Notes under the pieces: generated by a model
Database searches by the model: none
What the model saw: the letters and a program-made list of their open reading frames with translations, nothing else
Told to the model about the DNA's origin: nothing
Part shown: positions 52,568-63,800 of the stretch, piece after piece
Numbering within the stretch: the first letter of the stretch is position 1
How the letters are laid out: each line of letters opens with the position of its first letter
NCBI GenBank assembly: GCA_036867785.1
Contig: CP145415.1
Span: 248,001 to 312,000, forward strand
DNA: 64,000 nt
Source of the DNA: Plasmodiophora brassicae
Lineage: Eukaryota
Reading direction: 5' to 3'
Made by a program: the position numbers and the translations under genes

Positions 52568-52978
52568 GACGCACGCCGGCGACGACGTTCACAAATGTGG
52601 CGCGCGTGCCGCGGTCACGTAGCCGGACCCACTGAGAGGGGGCCGCGTGGCGCCCGGCCCGTCTCGCAGTTCGGCGGGCGACGTAACCCAGTGCCCCCAG
52701 CTGCGCACTGGATGCCCACGATGCGCGACTGCACCCCGTCCCGGCCACGGACGCAGGTGCGCGCGCGCTGATTATTAGCAGACTGACGCCAAGATGCGGT
52801 TGCAGCTTCCGTATGGGGACACGCGTGCGCCGCAACGTCCCCGGTCTTGTACGTTCCAGAGCGATCCGGAACCGCGGTGCGCAGCAGGCGCGCGTTCCAG
52901 AAGGCGGTGGACGCGCGCGACGCGTGTGTGCGAGAGGCGTCGTAATTTTAGCCGGGCGGGGTGTCGGTCGCCGCCAGC

Positions 52979-53883
52979 ATGAGGTGCCGCCGGGTGCTGT
53001 GTCGCGCGGCATCGACCGTCGCGGTGGAACGTGGCGAGGCGGCGATTGCGGATGCGATGGCCGCGGTCCAGGGCGCGTGCCGGGACGCCGGCCGCGAGTC
53101 GGCGTGCACGGTGATGCGGGAGGCGTTCCAGGCGATGCGGGCCCGGTTGCAAACGGCGGAGGACACGCTCGGCGCCTTGCACCAAGCAAAGAGGGACGTG
53201 CTGGTCGCGCAGGACGAACTGATAACGGCCCAGCAGGACCTGGCCGCTGCGAAACAGGTGGGCTGTGCGCGCGCGCGCGTGTGTGTATAGGTTCGCTGAA
53301 CCGGTGCGCACAGATGGATCAGGTCCCGGCGGTGCTCGACAAGGTCAACCGGGCCGTCGCCGACCTGGAGACGGCGACGACCGAGTTCGACTGGCTGGGG
53401 CGGACGCTGACCGCGCGCCACCTGATTGAACGGTTCGAGGACCGGTACCGGCTGGTCTGGCTCGGCCAGCGCCTGCGCCTGCTGAAATGGGTCCAGATCC
53501 TGGACAGCAGCAGGCAGCTGTGCATCGAGCTCAGGAAATGCGGCGTCGGCGACCGCGTCAAGGACCTGGCCGTCGCCGCCCACCGCATCCACGTCGACTA
53601 CGCCGACGACGCGCACGGGTGGTCCGGGTCGCTCGGCGCCCGCGTCGTCGAGATCTTCACCGACGAGCACGACCAGAAGCGCGTCCGCGCCGACCTGCGC
53701 TTCCTGCAGACGCTCGCCGGCATGCTGCACTACCGCGTCACGTTCATCGCGCGGCACAACGCGAACGGCGCCGCGCTGGCCCTCGACGCCGACGACTACG
53801 TCGCCCTGCGGAACACGCCCTACCCCAGCCGGTACGACCCGGTCCCCAATCGTAAACGCAGGTACCTGGGCGGTACCCCCTGA
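52979..53883 (+). CDS. Two-exon hypothetical coiled-coil protein
   Basis: Exon 52979-53257 and exon 53314-53883 joined by a GTGGG..CAG intron; strong codon bias. Confidence 0.7.
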
Positions 53884-53949
53884 AGATACTTGTCCGGTGG
53901 CTTCCGGGGGCACGCACGTCGCCGTCGCGTGCAGCTTCGGACTTGCCAA

Positions 53950-55212
53950 ATGAGGGCGTGGCGCGCGATCGACCACGACGTCGTCCGCCGGGCGGCGACG
54001 TCGCTGCTGCAGTGCCGGCCCGCGTTCGCCGCTGCGGCCCGGCGGCGCTGCTGCGTCCAGAGCGCGGTGCCGGCGACGTCGAGGCGGCGTTTCGACCAGA
54101 GGAAGGTGGGCGGGGCGATCCGGGCGCTGCGCGACGAGGACGACGCGGATCGCGGCTGGCAGCGATTCCAGGCGGTGCTGGAGTCGCGGGCGGACGTCGA
54201 CGTGCGCCTGTTCCAGTCCATGCTGACGTTCTGCGGGCGGCACGCGCCGGCGAAAGCGCCCAGCGTGCTGGCGGCGTGCGTGTCGCGCGGCGTCCCCGTG
54301 TCCGATGCGCTGTTCAAGGCGTTCCTGCGCGCGTGCCTGAAGGCGGACCCGCCGCGCCTCGACGACGTCCTGCAGCAGTACGCGGCGTGCGGCCCCCGGA
54401 CGCCCGACACGATCTTCACCGTCGCGCTCGCCTGCCTGGACGCGAAACGGCCGGCCCCGGCCCTGTCCCTGGTGCCGGACGTCGTCACGAACGCCGTGCC
54501 GCTGACGGAGCCGCTGGCGTACGTCCTGGCGGCGTCCTGCGCGGCATGCAGGGCGATGCCGGCAGCCGCCGACGCTGCCGACACGCTGGTCGACCTGATC
54601 CCCGCGGCGGGCGGCGCCATACGGAACCCGCAGGTGTTCAGCGACCTCGTGCGCGCCCTGCTGGCGCACAAGCGCCTGGACAAGGCGCTCGGCGTCGTGC
54701 GCCTGATGGAGACGTCGGTCGACCTGCCGCCCACCGATGCGATCTACCGGCGCGTTCTCGTCGCTGCTGCCGGCGCCGACCGGGTCGACGACGCCCTGCG
54801 CCTGTACCGGACGATGCTGCAGAGGCGGATGCAGGTCGCGATGCCAGCGGTGCTGGCGCTGGTGGCCGCCTGCGCCCGCTGCGGCGACGTCGACGCCGTC
54901 CGCGCCCTGCACCTGTACGTGACCGACCCTTCGGCGACGGCGGCGCTGAACGGGAGCGCCGTCGCGGCGTTCGCCGGCGCGTACGCCCGGTGCGGCACGC
55001 TGGACGACCTGCGCGCCCTGCACCAGTTCGCACGCGACCACGACCTGATGCGGCACGGCGGGGTCGTCGGCGCGTTCGTCGACGCGTTCGGCAGGCGCCG
55101 TGACCGTGCCGCCGTGCAGGCCCTGGAGGCGCACGCCCGCCGCCACGGACTTGAGCTGCAGGTCGCCCGGGCCTGCGCCGTCGCCTACGACCGCTGCGAC
55201 GCTGATCGATGA
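53950..55212 (+). CDS. PPR-like helical-repeat protein, paralogue of 11759-12727
   Basis: GAIRALRDEDDADRGWQRF...FQSMLTFCGRHAPAKA aligns with GAVRALQHDNDPARGWAVF...FMRMLQFCQRAAPSKA. Repeats such as YRRVLVAAAGADRVDDALRLYRTM. Confidence 0.8.
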   Translation: MRAWRAIDHDVVRRAATSLLQCRPAFAAAARRRCCVQSAVPATSRRRFDQRKVGGAIRALRDEDDADRGWQRFQAVLESRADVDVRLFQSMLTFCGRHAPAKAPSVLAACVSRGVPVSDALFKAFLRACLKADPPRLDDVLQQYAACGPRTPDTIFTVALACLDAKRPAPALSLVPDVVTNAVPLTEPLAYVLAASCAACRAMPAAADAADTLVDLIPAAGGAIRNPQVFSDLVRALLAHKRLDKALGVVRLMETSVDLPPTDAIYRRVLVAAAGADRVDDALRLYRTMLQRRMQVAMPAVLALVAACARCGDVDAVRALHLYVTDPSATAALNGSAVAAFAGAYARCGTLDDLRALHQFARDHDLMRHGGVVGAFVDAFGRRRDRAAVQALEAHARRHGLELQVARACAVAYDRCDADR

Positions 55213-55330
55213 CGACGACGACGGCCGGGGCCGCGATCATACTTCATATATAATACGGTGGGGTTCGGGTGTGTGTGGGGGCCATCGATGGACAATACAG
55301 GACATGCGGATGCGTGCGTCGGCGGTCTAA

Positions 55331-56032
55331 TCATCCGCGGGGCAGGCACAGTCGCTGTTGCTGTCGTTGCAGAGCGCCGGGCTGCCGTCGCCTGTTCTCG
55401 ACGTCGCCCGCGATGCGCCCGTTCAGTTTCCGGCGCTGCGGGACGACGCCGGACGCCAGCACGCGCTCGCGCAGCGCCTTCAGCTCGCGGTCGACCTGTT
55501 TCAGGCGTTCCCGGTCCTGGTCGGCGCGGCTCCCGCCGGACTCGGTCGTCTCGACGCCGACGTCGCCCTCGTCGTCGTCGTCGTCGATGAGGTACGGGAT
55601 GACGGCGGTTTCGGTTTCGGTCGTGATCGTGGTGACCGTCCTGGTCGACTGGACCACGATCTGGTCCTCGCCGGTGGCGGCGTGCCGCGCCCAGGTCGAG
55701 CAGACGGGCTCGGCGGCGGCCTCGGTCGGCGGGTGCATTCGCCGCTCATGGTCGTGGCTGACGGCGGAGTACACGGCGAGCATGTCGTAGAACACGGCCT
55801 TGGCCGCCCTGAACTGCTCCTCGCAGGACGCGCAGGCGGCCGCGTCCGTACAGGACGGACACGACAGGCGACGACGACGGCCCGGCGGCGGCGGCGACGT
55901 CGACACCGGTCGGTCCGGCACCGACGACCGCGGCCGTGGCCGATGCTGACGCCGACGGACGGATGCAACGACGACAATGAGGCCGACGACGGCCAGGCCG
56001 CCGACGACGAGCAGGTCGGGCAGATTGCCCAT
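55331..56032 (-). CDS. Hypothetical protein with an N-terminal TM anchor and a CxxC..CxxC motif
   Basis: ATG 56032 MGNLPDLLVVGGLAVVGLIVVVASV; CPSC..CASC; acidic and coiled C-terminal part. Confidence 0.65.
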   Translation of the reverse strand: MGNLPDLLVVGGLAVVGLIVVVASVRRRQHRPRPRSSVPDRPVSTSPPPPGRRRRLSCPSCTDAAACASCEEQFRAAKAVFYDMLAVYSAVSHDHERRMHPPTEAAAEPVCSTWARHAATGEDQIVVQSTRTVTTITTETETAVIPYLIDDDDDEGDVGVETTESGGSRADQDRERLKQVDRELKALRERVLASGVVPQRRKLNGRIAGDVENRRRQPGALQRQQQRLCLPRG

Positions 56033-56483
56033 GGGCGGCGGTGATGCTACCGGCGGCGGCGGCGGCGGCGGCGGCGGCGACACCGCGCAGTAATGGCGGG
56101 CCAATCTGCGCGCGACCCCGATCCGTACTGGGTAGGACGTACCAGGCAGGTAGGATCGCCGCCCGCCCAACGCTCGAGGAGGTACCCAGATCTGCCCCGA
56201 AACCCGGCGCGATGCTGGACGATGCAGGGCAGGGCAACGGACGAGCGGGCGGGCGCGGAACCGTCTAGGTGAGCGCGCGACCCCCCAGGGCGGACCCGTC
56301 ACTGTGCCAGTCGGTCGGCCGGTCGAATCCCGATACCTAATAAAGTTCCCGCCGCACGAGTCGCGCGCCGGCGTGCCCTCCGATCGACCCATCCCGGGTT
56401 TGCCCACAATATCATTCCTTGACGGCGGCCACTGCGGGTACATTCGCCCATCGTGTTTATTGGCGGTTGCGAGCAGTGCCCTC

Positions 56484-56825
56484 ATCAGCGGCGGTTCTAC
56501 CCGCAGCTGATGACATCCCAAAGCCCGGTCGACGGGGACCGACATGTTGGCATTGCGAGGGCCGACGTACGCTCCGGGACTCATCTCCAATGCCTTATAG
56601 CCACTGTCGGCCCTCCTCCAATTCAGGACAGCGTTGCATGCACCTTCTTTCACCGTTATAGGAAGCGGGCCCATTCGTGCGTTCGCCTTCACGAGAGCCT
56701 TACACTCTTCCGCGCTGGGCTTGGTTGGGCAGTACCGGAACGTATGCTGGCCCTTGCAATGCCAACATGTCGGTCCCCAACCGGGCTTTGGGATGTCATC
56801 AGCGGCGGGTAGAGCGGCCGCTGAT
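56484..56825. repeat. Inverted repeat (arms about 95 bp) of a CCHC zinc-knuckle-coding fragment
   Basis: 56484-56581 matches the reverse complement of 56731-56825. The minus strand encodes LPAADDIPKPGWGPTCWHCKGQHTFRYCP and the plus strand encodes the decayed LPAADDIPKPGRRGPTCWHCEG. Confidence 0.93.
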
Positions 56826-57305
56826 ATCGACGTAGCTGATATGCTTGCGCCTGATGTAGGTGCATGTGAGTGCAGGTTCAGAGCGGTGGCGGTTGAATCG
56901 ACCACAACCGATCTCGTACTGTCTTAGAATGGTCCCTTGCAAAATGGGTGTACTTTTCATGTATATATGGAATCGCAGTGGCCATGACGTCAGCTGGCAC
57001 CAGAGAGCGTCCTAGAACGACATCGAATTCCTTGTGATGCCGATGAATCGCGACGCGTGCGCCGTCAAGCCTGCCCAGGGAGAACGAGCCAGCGAAGTAG
57101 ATTAGTCGGCAGATTATTCATCAGGCTTGGTGATCAATTCCGGAAGACCTTGACTACCGACTAATCGGTCACGCCGCAATCGGGTCACTAGCTAGCCTGC
57201 CAACCCGGGCGGGGGAATGCCCAGGCGAACCATTCCCTCAGCGTCTAACTATCTGCAACAAGCCAACCTTCATATTGTTCTGCAAGCACCCCCCTCAACG
57301 TTCCA

Positions 57306-57563
57306 ATGCAGTCGCAGCCGCCGCAGTACACCCAGGCAGGACAACCGCAGCTGGTGGCCGTGGCGCAGGTAGCCCGTCCGCAGCATCAGCTCGGCCCGGA
57401 CGGTCGCCCGATTCTCCGCGTCCAGGAGCCCGACTTCATCGCCAAGTGCTGCTGCCCTGTCCCCGCCACCTACATCGTGGAGGGTTTCGGGACCGAGTGC
57501 CTGCTGGCCTGGTTCTGTGGATGCATTTACACGAACTTTTTCTGGGAGCCTCGCGGCCTCTAG
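57306..57563 (+). CDS. Small Gln/Pro-rich, Cys-rich membrane-associated protein (85 aa)
   Basis: ATG start, QP-rich N-terminus, then CCCP and CLLAWFCGCIY hydrophobic C-terminal region. Confidence 0.6.
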   Translation: MQSQPPQYTQAGQPQLVAVAQVARPQHQLGPDGRPILRVQEPDFIAKCCCPVPATYIVEGFGTECLLAWFCGCIYTNFFWEPRGL

Positions 57564-57958
57564 ACGTCCACCGCATCTGGCAGCAACCTGCAACAATAAA
57601 CAGGCATCGTTGCTGGGTTCGATCTCATGATGCATCCCTTATTTGGTGGAATTCCTGCACCTCGATCTGAGCTGAAACATCTGGTGTAGCCGGCCTAGAA
57701 CGGTTCGCCCGGTTCGCCGCGCCTGCCTTGAATGGGCGTGATACGATTGAATCGAACAGAAGCCGTTAGGCCACCAGGACGGGATGTCTTGGCCGATGAA
57801 ATGCGAGCGGGACCGTCTGCACCCATGCGGGTCGATTGCATGTTCCATGCCGACTCGCAAGGTTGTGATGTTCACAGGATTACGACTTGCGAGTCGGTCG
57901 ACTCGTGAAAGGTGCTGCCTTCCGGTCGGTGGTGGGCCGTCACACGCGACACGACAGG

Positions 57959-59263
57959 ATGGAAGGCGGCGCGACGCTTGCCGATCGCGTCGATCTGCCG
58001 ACGTCGCCCACGTCGCTGGTCCTGGAGGGGGAGCAGGACATTGGCCTGGAATACCTAGCGCCGAGCGTGACCCTGCTCATGGTGCCCCGATTATCCTCTG
58101 TCCTCGTCTCGATCGGGCGTGAGATCGGCCTGTACCCGCTGCAGGGCGACAACGTCCTGAGCCCGACCTGCACACACGAATTCCAGGTCGGCGACGTCTC
58201 ATGCAGCGCCGCGCTGCACAGATTCAACGACGACGACGACGAAGACGTCGGCGCTTGGATCGCCAGCGGCACCAGCGCCGGGTCCATTGCCGTCTACCGC
58301 CTCGACGGCACGTCTTCGGAGCTGGCCGCGCTTCGATGGCTGAACGACGGCGGGAAGATCACGTCGTCTCCAGTCACCGTGCTGGCGGTGGCCAGCAGTC
58401 ACCCGTCCCTGCTGATGGCCAGCCACAAGGTCGGGTCCATCTTCGTCTACGACCTGCAGCTGGAGCACGAGGCGCCGATGAAGGTGGTCGATGGAAGCCC
58501 ACGCTCGGCGCTCCTGTCGATGCCGGCGTCGTCCAGCCCCGACCTGACGGCCCCGATGCCGCATCGCAAGTCGATCCGAGAGAAGTTGCTCGAACGGCGC
58601 GATACGATGCTGACGTCGAGGAAGAAGCCGTCGGTGACCGCGATCGACACGGCCGACTTTCGCGTTATTCAACGTGGGAAGGGCACGATCCGGAACCCGA
58701 TCCGGTGCTTCCAGCTGGCGGCGTCGCCCATCACCGACATGCAATTCGGCGCCGACGACCAGCTGCTGGCCGTTGGGCAGCGGTCCGGCCTCATCGCCGT
58801 GATTGACATGAGCGCGTCCCCGCCGAAGAAGGTCGCCCTGTTCGAGTCGTGGTTCGGCGCCATCACGTGCCTGGCCTGGGGGACCAGCTCCGACGGTCGG
58901 CGACTGCTGGCCAGCGGGTCCCAGGACGACCTCGTCGCCGTCTACGACGTCGACCGCGGCATCTGCCTGGCGCATGGCGTCGGGCACCGGAGCTGGCCCA
59001 GACAGGTCGCCTTCGTCGGCCCGCAGACCGTCATGTCCGTCGGTGAGGACGGCAACATGGTCGTCTGGGAGATCGGCCAGATCCGGCGACGCAGCCGCAC
59101 CGATGTCGGCGCCGGCGCTGCTGGCCCGATGATCCCCATGCTGGACCCGTTCACCGTCGCCCGCATCCACGCGGAACCCTGCGCCTGCCTCGCCATCCAC
59201 GCCGACGTCGTCGTCACGCTCTGCCGCCTGGGGCGACTGAAACTATGGCGATTGCAGCAGTAA
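57959..59263 (+). CDS. WDR20: WD40 protein, WDR20/CreC-like
   Basis: RNPI, SWFGAITCLAW..DGR..ASGSQDDLV and GVGHRSW..QVAF motifs typical of WDR20/DMWD/CreC. Confidence 0.8.
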   Translation: MEGGATLADRVDLPTSPTSLVLEGEQDIGLEYLAPSVTLLMVPRLSSVLVSIGREIGLYPLQGDNVLSPTCTHEFQVGDVSCSAALHRFNDDDDEDVGAWIASGTSAGSIAVYRLDGTSSELAALRWLNDGGKITSSPVTVLAVASSHPSLLMASHKVGSIFVYDLQLEHEAPMKVVDGSPRSALLSMPASSSPDLTAPMPHRKSIREKLLERRDTMLTSRKKPSVTAIDTADFRVIQRGKGTIRNPIRCFQLAASPITDMQFGADDQLLAVGQRSGLIAVIDMSASPPKKVALFESWFGAITCLAWGTSSDGRRLLASGSQDDLVAVYDVDRGICLAHGVGHRSWPRQVAFVGPQTVMSVGEDGNMVVWEIGQIRRRSRTDVGAGAAGPMIPMLDPFTVARIHAEPCACLAIHADVVVTLCRLGRLKLWRLQQ

Positions 59264-59326
59264 ACCAACAGGTCGTCGAGGCAGACTGTATTGACAGGAA
59301 AGGGCCTGCATCCGAACCAGGGCGAA

Positions 59327-60524
59327 TCACAGGGCGACGCCGGATCGGGTCGGGCTGCTGGCGGCGCTGTTCTCCGTGCGGAAGTCGGTGTTGCCGCTGA
59401 ACACGACCGACACGGACCTGTGGTTGTGGATGCGATCGATGGCCTCGGCCAGGAGGCCGCCGAGCGACAGCTGCGTGATCTTGGGGACCGTCTTCTGCAG
59501 CGGGACCGTGTTGCAGACGACGACCTCGTCGAACACGCTGGCGTCGATGCGATCCAGGGCGTTCTTGTTGAACAGGCCGTGCGTGGCGAACGCGTAGACC
59601 CGGTCGGCGCCGGCGGCGCGCAGCGTGTTGCCGGCCTCGACGAGCGTGCCGGCCGTGTCGATCATGTCGTCGACGATGATGCAGTCGGAGCCGGACACGT
59701 CCCCGATGAGCTTCATGGAGGCGATGACGCCGGCCCCGGATCGCGTCTTGCTGATCATGGCGAACTCGGCGTCGATGCCGAACCGGCGCAGGCCGTCCTG
59801 GAACTTCTTGGCGCGTTCCACCCCGCCCGCGTCCGGCGAGACGACCGTCACCTTGGACGACTCACGACGCTGCAGGACCTCTGTGAAATGCGGCAGAGCC
59901 ACAATGGCGCCGCCCAGGTTGTCGACAGGCAGGCGCGGGCCGAACATGCCCTGGATCTGGCCGCAGTGCAGGTCGACGGCCACGACGCGGTCGACGCCGC
60001 TCGTCTCGATCAGGTGGGCGACAGCAGCCGCCGAGATGGGCACACGAGCCGTCTTGCGGTCCTGGCGCGCGTACCCGAAATACGGGATGATGGCCGTGAT
60101 CGTCTGCGCGGACGCCTTCCGGAAGGCGCTATGGGGCAACGTCAGTGGCGAATCGGAATAGAGAGCCGCAAACTTCGGGGCCGCACTTGACCATGAGGAC
60201 GAGCTCGATGATGTTATCGTTGACGGGCGTGCACGTCGACTGGATGATGAAGACGCTGCGCCCGCGAACGGTCTCCTCGATCTGGACGCTGATCTCGCCG
60301 TCCGCGAACCGCCCGACGCGCATGCGCCCGAGCGGGACGTCGAGCTCCTGACAGACCTCGCGAGCCAGCGGTTCGTTGGACGTGCCGGCGAAGATGAGCG
60401 GCGCTGGGTGCACCTGCTCCTGGACGGCCCTGATGCCCCGCTGCAGGTCGGTCAGGTTCAGCCCGGCGGCGCCGCACGCCATGGCGGCGAGCAGGACGAG
60501 GACGGCGGCGCTGTTTGCAACCAT
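59327..60524 (-). CDS. PRPS: Ribose-phosphate pyrophosphokinase (PRPP synthetase), two exons
   Basis: FADGEISVQI, IPYFGYARQDRK, DLHCGQIQG, VVSPDAGG, IIVDDMIDTAGT and ATHGLF. Confidence 0.97.
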
Positions 60525-60838
60525 CAGGGCCCAGACTGCGAGAAATGATGAGGCGCGCTGCCCGGGCGGACCGGATCTGGACCTGCGCAAATGCGGTAGT
60601 TGCGGCTGCAGCTGCAGCTGCTTGCTGGCGCTGCAGCTCCACCGGCTCGGGGAGTTTCGCGGCCTGCGCCAAAAACGGAAATGGCGCACCGTCCGATGCG
60701 ACCCGCCGCAATCATCATGCGGGCTCTATGTCTGGCCTGGCGGGACCAAAACTGGAAGGCCACGCCGGGGTGTGACGCCTGCAGAACCGCGAACGGGTTC
60801 GTCCTGGGCAGGGCGTCGTGTGCCGCTGCTATCCCGCC

Positions 60839-63800
60839 ATGTACATATACCTGAGCAAGAAGATCGCCATGCCGAACGGCACCGCGCTGCACTGCGTGGC
60901 CTGGAACCACAGCGACGGGTGGATCGCGGCCGGAGGCGCCAATGGCTTGCTGAAGATCCTCAGCCTGGACGGCGGCGGAGACGCAGCGAAACCGAAGGGC
61001 ACGTCGGCGCCCACGAACCTGACGGCGAACCAATCGCTGGAGGGCCATACCGGTCTGCTGTCCCGCCGCGCCGCACCGCCGTTGATCGCGGATGGTGACG
61101 CGCCTGCACGCAGGCAATGTGATCATGGCGACCTGGAACAATTCGTACCAGAAGCTGACGTCGAGCGACCAGTACGGCATGATCATTGTCTGGATCATGC
61201 ACGAGGTCGGCGCTTGCGGCCGTGTCGTACGCAAACGGACTGAAGGGGCTGCTCATAGGGCGTATGGCACGAGGAGATGATCAACAATCGCAACCAGAGC
61301 GTTGTCAAAGACATGACGTGGAACAGCGACGGACAGCAGATTTGCATCGTGTATCAGGTGGGCGTTCGGTGACAGAACGGGCGTTCGCCGCCGACTCCAT
61401 GGGTAACCAAAGTGCAGGACGGCGCCGTTATTGTAGGCAGTGTCGACGGGAACCGCCTCTGGGGAAAGGAATTCGGCCACGAACTGTCGCGCGTCACGTG
61501 GTCCCCCGAGGGACGATCGCTCCTGTTCGGTACTGCCGATGGTGGGCTGGCGGCGTTGCCGAATGATGGCCGGGCCTGTGGTGACGTCCATTCGGCTGCC
61601 CAGGTCGTGTCCAGGTGCACAACGCAGCCGGGCAGTACATGACCGATGTGCCGCTGTCAATCAACGACCCACCATCGGCGGTCGTCGCCCTGCGATGGTA
61701 CGACGGGTCGCGTGGGCACGCCGCCGCCGACCTCCCCGTCCTCGTCATCGCCAAGGCCAACGGCCGCGTTCAGCTGATGAGGCCAGTTGCTGCGCGCCTC
61801 TGCGCGTTGCTGGCGGTCTGACCCGGTCCACAAACAGGAACGCATCGGACCCATCGCCAATCGTCTTTGATTCGGGGCTGGCCCGGTTGGTCTGCGCCGA
61901 CTGGAACCCGGATGGGTCCATCCTGACCTGCGCTGGCACCATGCGCGCCGCGTCGTCGCCGGCATCGGCCAGCGACGAACCGGGGTCGGACGTACCCGTG
62001 CCCGCTGCCAGCGACATGCACGTGATCCAGCTGTTCACCCCGCTTGGCGTCGTAAGTGCCGTCTCGTTCAATGGGTGGTGGCCGGTCGGCGATGTCGCTG
62101 ACGCAGACGACGACGCTCTGTTTGTGCAATAGCACCTGCGTACGTTGCCGGTCCCGGGCAAGGACCTGACCGCGTTCAGCTGGGACCGCACCGGATTGCG
62201 CCTGGGCATCGCCGTCGATTCCCACCTGTACTTCGCCAACGTGCGCCCGTCGTACCGGTACGGGTTCCTACAGCGGCACACGCTGGCGTACGTGTTCCAG
62301 CGACCCGACCGTCCCGACCAATGCGTCATGTTCTGGGATTTCCACACGGGCGAGAAACGCGTCAAGTACGTACGACGTTCAGGGGTTGGCCCGCCCCGGC
62401 CCTATCGCCCCGCTTCTGATGCCTGGGGGGCGCTGCAGGTATGTGAAGAACCTGGAGCGGTTGGCGACGCGCGGCAAGTTCTGCGTTCTGGCGGCACGCA
62501 CGCAGGCGGACGAGGACGCGCCGTCCCCCTTCATCTACATAGTGTGCTCAGCGATCGGGTCGCCCATCGACTCCAGGTACTGCGAGGTGTCGCCCGAGTT
62601 CGTCGACCTCACCGACAACTACCTGGTGGTCGCGTCGTCGTCCACCGTCTACTGCTGGGTCTTCAACGATAAGGGGTCGCAGCCCTTCTCCTCGGCCGTA
62701 CCCGTCTCTGGAGGTACTTCTTCGCTCGCCGCCCCGTGCTGTGCGTCTGCCCCGGGAGTGACGCGCACCATGCCTAGAGGAGCGGTACCTGCACGTGGAC
62801 GAGCCGGCGCACGTGTCCGGCAGCGCCTACAGCAACAAGCGCAAGAACTCGCGCATCTCCCGGCCCAGCAAGGACCCGATCGTCGCCATTGCCGCTCGCA
62901 ACGACTGCGTTGTGGTGGCGCGCGCCTCGGGCATCGGCGTGCGGTACGCGCTCCCGCACCTATCGTGCGTTCAGAAGTAGGACCTCGTTTGGGTGCATGG
63001 GCGCCGCGTGCTGGCTGCTGCTCACCGGTGGGCAAGGTACTGGTTGGCGCCCAACGCCCGCAACATCTACCTGAATTGCAATTGCACGACGCTGGCCGTT
63101 ATCGACACGAACGGGGGCCTGACGCTGGAGGACATGGAGAAGGACGGCGGCGCTATCGTCGAGGGCGGTGAACGCGAACAGAAACAGCCGTGCCGGAAGG
63201 ACACCTGGGCCCTGAAATGGTGCTCGTCCTGGTGCTCGTGCCGACGAACGCGGCCCGTCTGACTCTTGATCGGTCCAGGTCGAGCGATTCGCCGGACCTG
63301 TTCGCCGTGATGGAGAAGACGCGCATGTACATCTACAGAGATAAGCAGCCGGAAGAGCCGCTGCCCTGCAACGGTACGTGGTACAGGGGTTGGGCCCTCG
63401 TCAGTAGCTGATGGCGTAATGCATATATTAGGGTACCTGTGCGAGTTCAGCGACCTGGTCATTGTGACCGCCCAGCTGGACGAGATCATGGACGACGCGC
63501 ACAACCCGCTCAAGGCGCACATCGTCAACATTGACACCAAGTCGCTGCGAGACACGCACGTGCTCCTGGACACGGTCCCCATTGCCGAGGTCATCGCATC
63601 GTGGCGGCACCTGTCGAGCGCCGCTCTGACAGTCACCGCCGTTGCCCCGACAGGTGTACCAGTTCGTGTCGGATAACCCGCACCCGCGCCTGTGGCGTTT
63701 GCTGGCCGAGAACGCGTTGCGCACGTTGGATTTCACGATGGCCGAGAAGGCGTTCGTGAAGTCGGGCGATTACCAGGGCATCCAGATGGTGAAACGCGTC

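Noticed and set aside
55331-56905. 524-aa ORF as a single zinc-knuckle/TM fusion protein
   Set aside because: Non-ATG start, the upstream half crosses an inverted repeat and low-complexity GC-rich DNA, and a better gene start exists at 56032.
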